From IMG/VR virus record IMGVR_UViG_3300025705_000581: DNA of 64,000 nt. The stretch is one strand, 5' to 3'. Under the pieces are notes generated by a model. It saw nothing but the letters and a program-made list of their open reading frames with translations. It made no database searches and was not told the origin of the DNA. This DNA is from a virus. Shown in pieces: positions 46,777 to 55,821 of this stretch (position 1 is the stretch's first letter; each line of letters starts with the position of its first letter). The translations under genes and the position numbers were made by a program.

Positions 46777-49017
46777 ATGGCAGACGAAAGCGATAAGGAC
46801 AAAAAGAAAAAGGTTAAAGGGTTCAAAGAATTTGATCCTGGAAACTATATTGATATTGAACCTACTATCAATGAAGCAAAAGTAGGCGAGGTTGTTGTTT
46901 CCTGGGGACGTATGAACCCTATTACAACTGGGCACGAAAAACTTATCAATAGAGTTTTAAATGTAGCAAAATCAAAGAATGCTACTCCTGCTGTATTTTT
47001 AACACATTCTCAAGATAAAACAAAAAACCCATTGTCATATAATGATAAGATCAAATATGCCGAGGTAGCATTTGGTAAAATCATTAAAAGATCAACTGCC
47101 AAGACAATTATTCAATTGATGCAGCAGTTACAAAAGAAATTTAAAAAGGTAACTCTCGTTGTTGGTTCTGACCGATATAAAGAGATGGATACATTGCTTA
47201 ACAAATATAATGGTAAAGAATATAAATTTGATGAAATAGAAGTTGTATCCGCAGGTGCTAGAGATCCTGATGCCGATGGCGTTAAAGGAATGTCAGCATC
47301 AAAAATGCGTGAGTATGCTGTTTCAGATAATATCAAAAAATTTACTACAGGATTACCTAGTAAACTAAAAACAAGCGCGGCCGACATTATGGCCAGCATT
47401 AAAAAGGGTATGGGAATGTCGGAAGAATATGAAGAAGACTTTATCGAAGAAGATGAACTAGACGAAGCTTTGACTCGACAGCAGCGTATTAAACGTGGCC
47501 GTCAAATGCGAAGAATGCGTGTTAAAATGAAAAGAGGTCGGGAAAAGGCAAGCCGCCGCCGGGCCAATATTGATGTTTTGAAAAGAAGATCAAGAAAAGC
47601 AGCACGTAATGTAATTAAAACACGTCTTGCTGGTAATAAACGATATGCTGATATGGAGCCTGCGGAAAAGGAACGTATTGATAAACGTATTGAAAAGATT
47701 TCAAAACAACGTATTGATAACCTGGCAATTAAATTGTTACCTTCTGTTAAAAAGAAAGAACGTGAGAGATTACAAGCACGCCATAAGAAAAATGAGTCTG
47801 TTGATCTGAATGAGATGTGGGGTGCATATGTAACTAAGCGACCACATATGCTTATGGATAAAAACAACAAACCAAAGTTTGATAAACGGTTTAAGATGTT
47901 TAAACCTAAACAAGTTACAGAGATGAATGAGTTTGATATTGAAGATATCGTTGAACTTATGGAATCAGTTGAAAAATTTACCGAAACAGCAGGTAAATAT
48001 TACACAGGTGTTGCTAAAAATAAGAAAGAAGAAGTAGAAATGGACGAAGCACACGATCCTAAACACGTAAAGATGGCGGTAGGTATTGCATCAGATAAAA
48101 GATATGCTGGTGGTAATATGACAGGTGCAGTTAAGCAAATTGATAAAATCAAAAAAGGTTTATCAAATCATCCACAGGTACGTGCAGTTTTAAGAAAACA
48201 AAATGAAGAACTAATTAATAAGCTAGAGGAAGCCATGATGAGCAATCAACTCGACGAATTAACAGCAGCTGAGAAAAAGCTTGTAAATCAAATGTATGAT
48301 AAAAAAGGCAACCTCACACCACTTGGTAAAAAAGTAATGAACCACGGTAAGAAAAAAGGTGATAAAGGTTTTGTTGAATCGTTAGATGATAGGTTTGAAG
48401 CATTCATGGCGGAATCAATTGACGAGGTTCTTGATACTCCAAAAGCAATGGATAGTTATAGAAATAAAGCTAAGTATAGTAAAGATAGAGCTGGCAACTC
48501 GGCGATGGCTACTGTTTTTAGAGGTGATGGCGACGGTAAAAAAGATTTAAAAACAATGTCCAAACGGACAAAGGGTTTAAAAATGGCAGATCGTAATGCA
48601 ACCAAGAAAACAGTTAAAGCTCTCCGTGCTGGTTATAATGAAGATCTTGATGAAGATGCTAAAATGAAAAAGCAATCTGATGATAACCTAAAAAGTTTGC
48701 ATAAGCAATTCAAAGGTCAAGATCAACAAATGCCATCAACTCAACATATGATGAAGCGTATCACTAAAGAAATGAAACGCCGTAATATGAGTGAGTCTGA
48801 AGAAGCAGCAAAGTTAGCATCTGTTGCTAACGGTGGTGTTCAGGATAAAGAAGATAAATTTAAAATTGCATTAAAACGTGTTCGTAATAAAAAATCTGAA
48901 TTGAAAGATGAAAGCTCTTGTGGATCATCAAAGAAAAGAAATGAAGAAGCAGGCGCAGGCGAAGAAGGTACAGCTAAATTAGTTAAAAGACTAAAGAAGG
49001 ATACACCTAATGCGTAG
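46777..49017 (+). CDS. cytidyltransferase-like domain fused to multiple basic modules; putative processed internal head protein
   Basis: GRMNPITTGHEKL (HxGH variant), VVGSDR, SASKMR; many (L/I/M)xE sites between modules. Confidence 0.7.
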   Translation: MADESDKDKKKKVKGFKEFDPGNYIDIEPTINEAKVGEVVVSWGRMNPITTGHEKLINRVLNVAKSKNATPAVFLTHSQDKTKNPLSYNDKIKYAEVAFGKIIKRSTAKTIIQLMQQLQKKFKKVTLVVGSDRYKEMDTLLNKYNGKEYKFDEIEVVSAGARDPDADGVKGMSASKMREYAVSDNIKKFTTGLPSKLKTSAADIMASIKKGMGMSEEYEEDFIEEDELDEALTRQQRIKRGRQMRRMRVKMKRGREKASRRRANIDVLKRRSRKAARNVIKTRLAGNKRYADMEPAEKERIDKRIEKISKQRIDNLAIKLLPSVKKKERERLQARHKKNESVDLNEMWGAYVTKRPHMLMDKNNKPKFDKRFKMFKPKQVTEMNEFDIEDIVELMESVEKFTETAGKYYTGVAKNKKEEVEMDEAHDPKHVKMAVGIASDKRYAGGNMTGAVKQIDKIKKGLSNHPQVRAVLRKQNEELINKLEEAMMSNQLDELTAAEKKLVNQMYDKKGNLTPLGKKVMNHGKKKGDKGFVESLDDRFEAFMAESIDEVLDTPKAMDSYRNKAKYSKDRAGNSAMATVFRGDGDGKKDLKTMSKRTKGLKMADRNATKKTVKALRAGYNEDLDEDAKMKKQSDDNLKSLHKQFKGQDQQMPSTQHMMKRITKEMKRRNMSESEEAAKLASVANGGVQDKEDKFKIALKRVRNKKSELKDESSCGSSKKRNEEAGAGEEGTAKLVKRLKKDTPNA

Positions 49018-49282
49018 CTTCAAGCAACATTTAGAAGCATGCTGGTCTGATTACAAACAGGTTGGCATGAAGAAAAAAGGTGACAAGATGGTACCTAATT
49101 GTGTACCAAAGAATGAAAGTATTCCACCTGAAGTTGTGGGTGCGGCAATTGCTGCTCCTATGGTTGCACAAGGTATTAAGCATACCGCAAAAGGTGTTGC
49201 CAAAGCAATTAAAGGTGCTATTAAGGCACGTAGAGCTATTAAGAATACAGGTCAACGAATTGCTGATAAGGTAGTAAAATGA
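49010..49282 (+). CDS. putative internal head protein
   Basis: MRSFKQHLE; CWSDYKQVGMKKKGDKMVPNCVP module. Confidence 0.7.
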   Translation: MRSFKQHLEACWSDYKQVGMKKKGDKMVPNCVPKNESIPPEVVGAAIAAPMVAQGIKHTAKGVAKAIKGAIKARRAIKNTGQRIADKVVK

Positions 49283-49566
49283 AAACATTTAAACAATTTA
49301 TCTTTGCTGAGCATACACAATGTGGAACACCTGATTGCTGTGGTGAATGTGATACCGCCGTTACCGAAGGTTCAGAAACCTGGGAAGCTGGATATAAACG
49401 CCGTGTTGTAAAAACAACTGATCCTGACCATAAAGAGGCAGGACATAATTGGCGTATTAAAGGTAAAGATAAATCTCATCTTACTATTAAATTATATAAA
49501 GAAAAGCCTTCACAACAAGAATTCAATAAACAAATGAAAAGAGTTGCGGGACACGAGTTCGGATGA
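49279..49566 (+). CDS. putative internal head protein with Cys cluster
   Basis: MKTFKQFIFAE; HTQCGTPDCCGEC. Confidence 0.7.
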   Translation: MKTFKQFIFAEHTQCGTPDCCGECDTAVTEGSETWEAGYKRRVVKTTDPDHKEAGHNWRIKGKDKSHLTIKLYKEKPSQQEFNKQMKRVAGHEFG

Positions 49567-50462
49567 AAAGCTTTAAACAATACATATCAGAAGAAAAAGA
49601 TAAGTCCACTGCAGTTGGATCTGGGTTTCATAAAGATGAAGACGGAAATGTTTTTATCTCGCACAGTACAATACACGATAGAGATGCGAAAAAAGATAAG
49701 AAAAAAGATACTAATGAATCTTTACTGAACAAAATTAAATCAGCTGTTGGTATGAAAGCAGACCATGAAAAATCTTTAGATGAGCATGCTGCTGGTCATA
49801 ACAAAGAGGATCATAGTGAACATTTGTCTAAGCATTCTGCTGACGCTCATAAAGATCCTCATGAAAGAAAAGCTTTTAATCATTTTAAAACAAACTCTAC
49901 AGAAATGAATGAGCATTTAATAAAATCTCATAAACGTAAAATACCACATTCATTTGATAAGCATAAGGCTGCTGAGCATAAAATGGGTAAAAAAGATCAC
50001 GCGCATATGGACGACTTTAAAACATTCCCTGATAAAGCCGGCTTGAAAAAGATTAACCATAGCGAAGCTCACGTGCATCATACAATCAATAAGCATTCTA
50101 AACCGCTAGGTAAGAAAATCACTTTATATCACGGTTCCCATCACGATTTTGGTGCGGCTGCTAAAAATAGTAAAGATGGTATCGTTCACAATCCGGCACA
50201 TATGTCTACATCACACGATCATAAATCATCAAAACGATTTGGAAGCGGACATATGGTAGTAATTCATGCCGATCGCAATACTAAGGCTGTTCATATAGAT
50301 GGGAAAGGTTCTGCATCAGCTGGCTCAGGTGAAAAAGAAACAGTATTACCAGCAGGTACTAAATTAAAACATATTAAATCGCATAAAACATCAGATGGAT
50401 ATAATGTGCATCACTTCAAAGTTCACAGCCAAGAAGACCATGGCAGTCACTATGATAGCTAA
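49563..50462 (+). CDS. His-rich putative internal head protein with ADP-ribosyltransferase (Alt/VIP2-like) domain
   Basis: MKSFKQYISE; LYHGS...MSTS...GEKETVLPAG. Confidence 0.72.
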   Translation: MKSFKQYISEEKDKSTAVGSGFHKDEDGNVFISHSTIHDRDAKKDKKKDTNESLLNKIKSAVGMKADHEKSLDEHAAGHNKEDHSEHLSKHSADAHKDPHERKAFNHFKTNSTEMNEHLIKSHKRKIPHSFDKHKAAEHKMGKKDHAHMDDFKTFPDKAGLKKINHSEAHVHHTINKHSKPLGKKITLYHGSHHDFGAAAKNSKDGIVHNPAHMSTSHDHKSSKRFGSGHMVVIHADRNTKAVHIDGKGSASAGSGEKETVLPAGTKLKHIKSHKTSDGYNVHHFKVHSQEDHGSHYDS

Positions 50463-50478
50463 TAACTAAGGAAAACAA

Positions 50479-51045
50479 ATGAAAAGCTTTAAGCAATACA
50501 TATCAGAAGAAACAGAAACACTTAATGAAAGTGCACTTAAAGCTTTACGGGTTGCTACTAAAGCCCATTCAGGACAGACACGTAAAAGCGGTGGTAAATA
50601 CATTGAGCATCCAAAAGAAGTTGCTCGGTTCGTACAAAAGTTTAAAAAATCAAACAATCTTTCGGCGTTAGTACAGGCAGCCTATCTACACGATACTATT
50701 GAAGATACTGATACAACATATGCTGATTTGGTTAAACAGTTTGGTGCTCTTGTGGCTGATATGGTTCAGGAATTAACAACTGATAAAGCTGCGTCTGATG
50801 CTATTGGTAAAGGCGAATATATCGCTGGTAAGATGGCTAAAATGTCAAGTTGGTCGTTAGTTATTAAACTTGCGGATAGATTAGCAAACGTACAGGACAT
50901 TGATACACGGCCTGCTGATTTTCAAAAGAAATATGCTGCACAGACTGCACTCGCTATTAAACGTCTCCGTAGTGATAGATATTTAAGTAAAACACATAAT
51001 AAGATCATTACTGCCATTGAGAAAAAAATTAAAGAATATGTATAG
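50479..51045 (+). CDS. HD-domain (p)ppGpp-hydrolase-like (Mesh1/SpoT-HD) protein with capsid-targeting-like N-terminus
   Basis: AHSGQTRKSGGKYIEHP, YLHDTIEDT, IKLADRLANV. Confidence 0.85.
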   Translation: MKSFKQYISEETETLNESALKALRVATKAHSGQTRKSGGKYIEHPKEVARFVQKFKKSNNLSALVQAAYLHDTIEDTDTTYADLVKQFGALVADMVQELTTDKAASDAIGKGEYIAGKMAKMSSWSLVIKLADRLANVQDIDTRPADFQKKYAAQTALAIKRLRSDRYLSKTHNKIITAIEKKIKEYV

Positions 51046-51331
51046 TTTCAAACAATATATTTCTGAAGGTATCATGGTTAAACTGATTCGTGGTAAAGGC
51101 CAGGATACTTTAAAAATGAAAGACACTAAAGAAAAGAGTTGGGTTGAATTACGCGGCAAACCTAATTTTGAAACCAAATATGATAAAAGGGATCCGTTAC
51201 ATAAAGCAATTACGGCGCTAGGTAAATCGGCAAGTATATCTGATTTTATGAATGGTGATGAAGTAAGTATAAATCCAAACCATCCTGACGGTAAGAAAGC
51301 GTTGGCAACTATAAAGAAGTTAATGAAATGA
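51038..51331 (+). CDS. putative internal head protein
   Basis: MYSFKQYISE; start adjusted. Confidence 0.7.
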   Translation: MYSFKQYISEGIMVKLIRGKGQDTLKMKDTKEKSWVELRGKPNFETKYDKRDPLHKAITALGKSASISDFMNGDEVSINPNHPDGKKALATIKKLMK

Positions 51332-51594
51332 AAACATTTAAACAGCATATAGAAGCAACATACCAAGGTAAAGAGGTTAAGTTAAACAAACCTATGGCGG
51401 GTGATGTTGCTAAATCAAAAGTATTCGTTGATCCTGATGGTGACGGTGTTGCTAAGAAAGTTAATTTCGGTGACAAGAATATGACAATTAAAAAGCATAT
51501 TCCAGCACGAAAGAAATCTTTTAGAGCAAGACATAATTGCGATAATCCTGGGCCAAAAGACAAGGCACGATATTGGTCTTGTAAAGCCTGGTAA
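51328..51594 (+). CDS. putative internal head protein (DUF6321-like)
   Basis: MKTFKQHIE; VNFGD, RKKSFRARHNC, ARYWSCKAW. Confidence 0.75.
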   Translation: MKTFKQHIEATYQGKEVKLNKPMAGDVAKSKVFVDPDGDGVAKKVNFGDKNMTIKKHIPARKKSFRARHNCDNPGPKDKARYWSCKAW

Positions 51595-51632
51595 ATATTA
51601 TAAATAAAACAAACAGCAAATAGAGAAGTAAT

Positions 51633-51977
51633 ATGTATAGTTTTTCAGAACATAGTCTTATTGAACACGTTGAGGCACATCTCATTGAAAATGATCTTGT
51701 ACTTGATAATATAGATGACGAACAACTTGACGAAATCATCGGTATGGCCGCAAAGGCTGTAGGAGCAGTTGCTAAGGTAGGTGCAAAAGGTGTTCGACGA
51801 GCATTAACAAATAAACAAGGTCAATTCCGTTTATCAACTGCGGGACGTAATACGGCACGTGATAATAAAGCAAAACGTATTAATGATAGAGCAAATGCTA
51901 TACGTGACAGGAAAAAAACGAAGACAGCTGTTGACAAGGCCAGAGAAAACTTACGCAACGCAAGACGGGGGAAATAA
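51633..51977 (+). CDS. putative internal head protein, acidic N-terminus and basic C-terminus
   Basis: MYSFSEHSLIE...QLDE; late promoter at 51599. Confidence 0.65.
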   Translation: MYSFSEHSLIEHVEAHLIENDLVLDNIDDEQLDEIIGMAAKAVGAVAKVGAKGVRRALTNKQGQFRLSTAGRNTARDNKAKRINDRANAIRDRKKTKTAVDKARENLRNARRGK

Positions 51978-51978
51978 A

Positions 51979-52386
51979 ATGGACACGAATAAAGTTAGAG
52001 AAGCAATTATTGATGCACTCGGTCGAGTAAGTGAACTCGACGAAAAGAAAATGGATCCAGTGGGGCAGGCTGACGCAGATATTGATAACGACGGAGACGT
52101 TGATGACTCAGACAAGTATCTACACAATCGCCGTAAAGCTATTAAAGATAAGATGAAAGAGCAGACAGAAGCTCGCTTATCAGAAGATAATATGACTGTT
52201 AATATCGACCATGAGGGTGGCCACGATCCAGTAGCTAAAAAACATGGCATCACTTTAAAGAAAACAAGTGATTCTGATTATGCTCACGACGCTACAGGAA
52301 AAAAGAAAAATCTTCAAAAATATCTAGCTCATCATTATGATAGCCATGAAGATGCAAAAGAAATTCATCCTGACGTTTATAAATAA
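51979..52386 (+). CDS. hypothetical virion protein
   Basis: DADIDNDGDVDDSDKYL..RRKAI module. Confidence 0.65.
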   Translation: MDTNKVREAIIDALGRVSELDEKKMDPVGQADADIDNDGDVDDSDKYLHNRRKAIKDKMKEQTEARLSEDNMTVNIDHEGGHDPVAKKHGITLKKTSDSDYAHDATGKKKNLQKYLAHHYDSHEDAKEIHPDVYK

Positions 52387-52423
52387 GAATAACTAAGAAA
52401 CCCAAATAAGGAGATAAAAACAA

Positions 52424-52723
52424 ATGGCACTTTGGGGAAAAACCGATGCATTAGCTTCCGTACCAAAATGGTTGGAAGATAATGCTAATAACACAAACAA
52501 ATCAAATGACCGTGATAATGCGGTATTTGTTGACCTTGAGGAATCGGCTGTAGCAGCTAACAGAGCAAAAGGTTTGACAGGCCCAGGTTGGTGGTTGTAC
52601 CACACATCAAACGGTCGTCACTTTGCTGAATGCTTGGTACCAATGAAGGTCTCAGCATCTGATGCAGGCGACTTGGGTGTGACAGGTCTAGGCGATGACG
52701 CAATCGTTGCTGATCCTTCATAA
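52424..52723 (+). CDS. conserved virion-associated hypothetical protein
   Basis: AAGGAG RBS; MALWGKTD, GWW.Y. Confidence 0.7.
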   Translation: MALWGKTDALASVPKWLEDNANNTNKSNDRDNAVFVDLEESAVAANRAKGLTGPGWWLYHTSNGRHFAECLVPMKVSASDAGDLGVTGLGDDAIVADPS

Positions 52724-52739
52724 GTAAAGAAAATATAAT

Positions 52740-53114
52740 ATGAAATTAACAGAATCAACCTTTCTGTTATTTGCCGCAAAACATTATGATAATCCACAAT
52801 GCTCCGACGTATCAGAGTTTGAAGAGGATTTAAAACGTTTTCATTATTTACGAAAACTATTTGGCAGATATAGGCAAGATAAAGATTTAAAAGAAAGGTT
52901 GATTCTGAATCACCTGATAATCATATATAACGTATTCGGTGAAGAAGCAACGAGTATTTTGTTTATGAGACTTTATGAATACCATGATTATTTAAAACCG
53001 TTTGTTGAATATTTAAACTTCATGCCTACGGTTATTGAATATGATGGGATTATTATACACAAGGATAGTATTGTGTCTGATAAATGCATTAAAGAAAAAC
53101 TCGAAGGAATTTGA
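52740..53114 (+). CDS. conserved T4-like hypothetical protein
   Basis: KHYDNPQC, EFEEDLKRF, ERLILNH. Confidence 0.75.
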   Translation: MKLTESTFLLFAAKHYDNPQCSDVSEFEEDLKRFHYLRKLFGRYRQDKDLKERLILNHLIIIYNVFGEEATSILFMRLYEYHDYLKPFVEYLNFMPTVIEYDGIIIHKDSIVSDKCIKEKLEGI

Positions 53115-53117
53115 CCC

Positions 53118-53906
53118 ATGGTCGTTGATCTATTTTTAGTTTACCAATTCATCCGCCGTTTGGCTACACCATTTGATAAGTGGGAAGCATATAAGCAAGG
53201 TATTATTGATAAAGATGGTAAAGTATTAATCAAATCAAAAGATTTTACAAAAGGTTCTCAACGTAAAGCATGGGGAGTTTTTGATAGAATGATTGCTAAC
53301 CTTAAAAAGTTGTTAGCAAAGATACCTGGTGGTAGTTCTCGGTTTGCATCATATGCCGCGGCATTGTTTCTAATTAAAGAATACAAACATTTTACCGATG
53401 AATCATTACTAAATGAAGAATGGACTGATGAACAATTAGATGAATCAATGCATTTATTTCATATTAGATATAATCATTATACCATACTCTCCGAAAATGT
53501 CAATGGTTATTTTGATGAACTTGATGAAAAACTTAAAGCATCAGATGATATGGGTGTGTGGGTAAAAGATTTTCAGAAATCAGATGCACCACAATTCAAA
53601 GGTAAATCTCAAAAGAAAAGACAACAAATGGCCGTTGCTGCAAAGCTTGATGCAATGGATGAAGCCCCAACTAATATGCGTAATATAAAACTTATCAACA
53701 AAATCAAGAAGTCTGGTGTTGTCAAGTCTGGTTCTATGTCACAGAATGATCCCAAAAAATCTGTTAATACAAAACCTGAAATCACAGAAGAAATGCCAGC
53801 CAATGCAGTAAGCACCGGTGCAATTGCTAATATGGATGCGTCGGGAATTGATAACAAAAAGAAAAAGAAAAAGATTAAGGATATGATGAGGAGAACCCCA
53901 CAATGA
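53118..53906 (+). CDS. conserved T4-like hypothetical protein
   Basis: YQFIRRLATPFDKWEAYKQGIIDKDG; C-terminal KSDAPQFKGKS and EEMPANA modules. Confidence 0.75.
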   Translation: MVVDLFLVYQFIRRLATPFDKWEAYKQGIIDKDGKVLIKSKDFTKGSQRKAWGVFDRMIANLKKLLAKIPGGSSRFASYAAALFLIKEYKHFTDESLLNEEWTDEQLDESMHLFHIRYNHYTILSENVNGYFDELDEKLKASDDMGVWVKDFQKSDAPQFKGKSQKKRQQMAVAAKLDAMDEAPTNMRNIKLINKIKKSGVVKSGSMSQNDPKKSVNTKPEITEEMPANAVSTGAIANMDASGIDNKKKKKKIKDMMRRTPQ

Positions 53907-54760
53907 TTACTATAGAGCAATTTAGCGCTATGATCCCAACTAACAAAGATCCACAACCGTGGTTTGATGCGGCAGTGGAAAAGTTTGATGAATATAACAT
54001 TAATACTCCAAATAGAATTGCAGGCTTTATGGCACAGTGTGCTCATGAGTCAGCAGACTTTACACGTTTAACTGAAAACCTTAACTATTCGGAAAAAGCA
54101 TTGAACTCGGTGTTTGGTCGCTATTTCGGAAAAGGAAAACGAAATGCTAAAGAATACGCTCGAAACCAGGAAAAGATCGCAAACTATGTCTATCAAGACG
54201 AGTTTAGATCCAAGCGAGGAGCTTTGGGAAACACTGAACCCGGGGATGGCTGGCTATTTAGGGGTAGAGGTATCAAACAGCTTACGGGCAGAAATAATTA
54301 CGCGGCTTTTGGAAAGTCCGTGGGTATGTCCGCAGAAGAAGCTGCAGAATATGTAGCAACACCAAAAGGTGCTATTGAGTCAGCATGCTGGTTCTGGGCA
54401 ACTAATAAACTCGACAAATATGCCGATGATGGCGACAATGTTGGGTTGACAAAAAAGATTAATGGTGGTACAATTGGATTAGATGACCGTAACCGTCGTT
54501 GGGAATCAGCCTTGTCCATTCTTGGTGGTGAAATGCCTGCACCAAAGAAAGCAGCACCTAAGAAAGCTGCAGGTGTGCGTACACTACGCAAAGGTATGCA
54601 AGGTGATGATGTAGCTAAAATGCAAAAGGCAATTGGTGTAGGAGCTGATGGCGATTTTGGATTTGGAACTCTTACTGCTGTTAAAAAATGGCAAAAGATG
54701 AACGGATTGGTTGCAGATGGTATTGTAGGTCCTGCTACACAAGCAAAGATGTTTAAATAA
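53903..54760 (+). CDS. GH19 endolysin with C-terminal peptidoglycan-binding domain
   Basis: AQCAHES, ENLNYS, FRGRGIKQLTGRNNY, KKINGG; DGDFG...DGIVGPAT. Confidence 0.9.
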   Translation: MITIEQFSAMIPTNKDPQPWFDAAVEKFDEYNINTPNRIAGFMAQCAHESADFTRLTENLNYSEKALNSVFGRYFGKGKRNAKEYARNQEKIANYVYQDEFRSKRGALGNTEPGDGWLFRGRGIKQLTGRNNYAAFGKSVGMSAEEAAEYVATPKGAIESACWFWATNKLDKYADDGDNVGLTKKINGGTIGLDDRNRRWESALSILGGEMPAPKKAAPKKAAGVRTLRKGMQGDDVAKMQKAIGVGADGDFGFGTLTAVKKWQKMNGLVADGIVGPATQAKMFK

Positions 54761-54797
54761 ATAAATAAATGACGGAATTAAACAAAGGAGACACAAA

Positions 54798-55013
54798 ATG
54801 TCACTAGAGAAAATTGTAGAAGCGGCAATGTCTGAAAAGCCATTGGATCTGAAAGAAGCATTTGAAGCTGAAGTTGAAGAGCGTATTATGGCTGCATTGG
54901 CAGAGAAATACAAAAAAGCAATGGAAGCAAAAGATGAAGACGACGATGAAGATGATGACGATGCCGACGAAGATGAAGATGATGAAGACGACGAGGACGA
55001 AGACGACAAGTAA
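54798..55013 (+). CDS. small highly acidic protein (prohead-core-like)
   Basis: AAGGAG RBS; poly-D/E tail. Confidence 0.65.
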   Translation: MSLEKIVEAAMSEKPLDLKEAFEAEVEERIMAALAEKYKKAMEAKDEDDDEDDDDADEDEDDEDDEDEDDK

Positions 55014-55026
55014 GTCTTCTTAACAT

Positions 55027-55476
55027 ATGGCAAAACTATATCTGTTACTTATTGTCTGTGGTTTAATTGGTGGTGTAGGATATGGTGCTAAATCATATTA
55101 TGAATGGTCGGAAGCAACCATTTCAACACTTCGTACTAATAACGTTCAATTAGCATCTGCGGCGGAAACTCTACAAAATACTGTAGACACAATGGCCGCA
55201 GATGCAGAACGTAACGAAAAACTCAATCAAAACCTGACAGCGCAACTAAATGAATCACGAGAGTATTTGAATACTTTACGTGCTAAATTTGCGCGAATTG
55301 ATTTAACTATGGAAGCGCTAACTGACGCGCAAAATTTGGAAGAAAGGGTAAACAATGCTGTTGAAAGACTCATCAGTGATATTGCCGATGAAACTACTCC
55401 TCCTAGTGCTGTTGATGATACTTCTGACAGCGTGCTCGGGGAGGACAGTGGAGCCGACAGTAGTAACGTCGACTGA
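55027..55476 (+). CDS. inner-membrane spanin (Rz-like)
   Basis: N-terminal TM, long coiled coil, located next to the endolysin. Confidence 0.7.
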   Translation: MAKLYLLLIVCGLIGGVGYGAKSYYEWSEATISTLRTNNVQLASAAETLQNTVDTMAADAERNEKLNQNLTAQLNESREYLNTLRAKFARIDLTMEALTDAQNLEERVNNAVERLISDIADETTPPSAVDDTSDSVLGEDSGADSSNVD

Positions 55477-55735
55477 ATACATCCAGCAAAACATTCCTAT
55501 TCAAGGCAGACCGGGTAAAGTAGATTTTCCGCCTGTAGATTGGTATGTTATCACCGAAGAAAATTTGGAAGAAAAGATTGCTGAAATTGAAGCTCAACAA
55601 GGATCTGTTGTTGTTTTTGCTGTAACATCAAAAGGATACGAAAATCTTGCATTAGGTATTGCAGAATTGCGTCGCTATATTAATGAACAAAAAGCGATAA
55701 TTGTGTACTATGAGGATGCCTTGAAGAATAAATAA
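55388..55735 (+). CDS. outer-membrane lipoprotein spanin (Rz1-like), overlapping the i-spanin
   Basis: MKLLLLVLLMILLTAC lipobox; starts inside the i-spanin 3' end. Confidence 0.75.
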   Translation: MKLLLLVLLMILLTACSGRTVEPTVVTSTEYIQQNIPIQGRPGKVDFPPVDWYVITEENLEEKIAEIEAQQGSVVVFAVTSKGYENLALGIAELRRYINEQKAIIVYYEDALKNK

Positions 55736-55821
55736 TACCGTAATACTATTTCTGAGTGATTAAACATACCACGGAGTTAGTCACAAGCCTCCGTTAAAAA
55801 AGGCAAAAAGGGAATAAAAAG

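Noticed and set aside
54930-55010. Trinucleotide repeat as a possible array or VNTR
   Set aside because: Explained by poly-Asp/Glu coding, with no unit-spacer structure.
54584-55033. 149-aa poly-Ser ORF on the minus strand
   Set aside because: It is the reverse-strand reading of the GAY/GAR acidic tail of 54798-55013.
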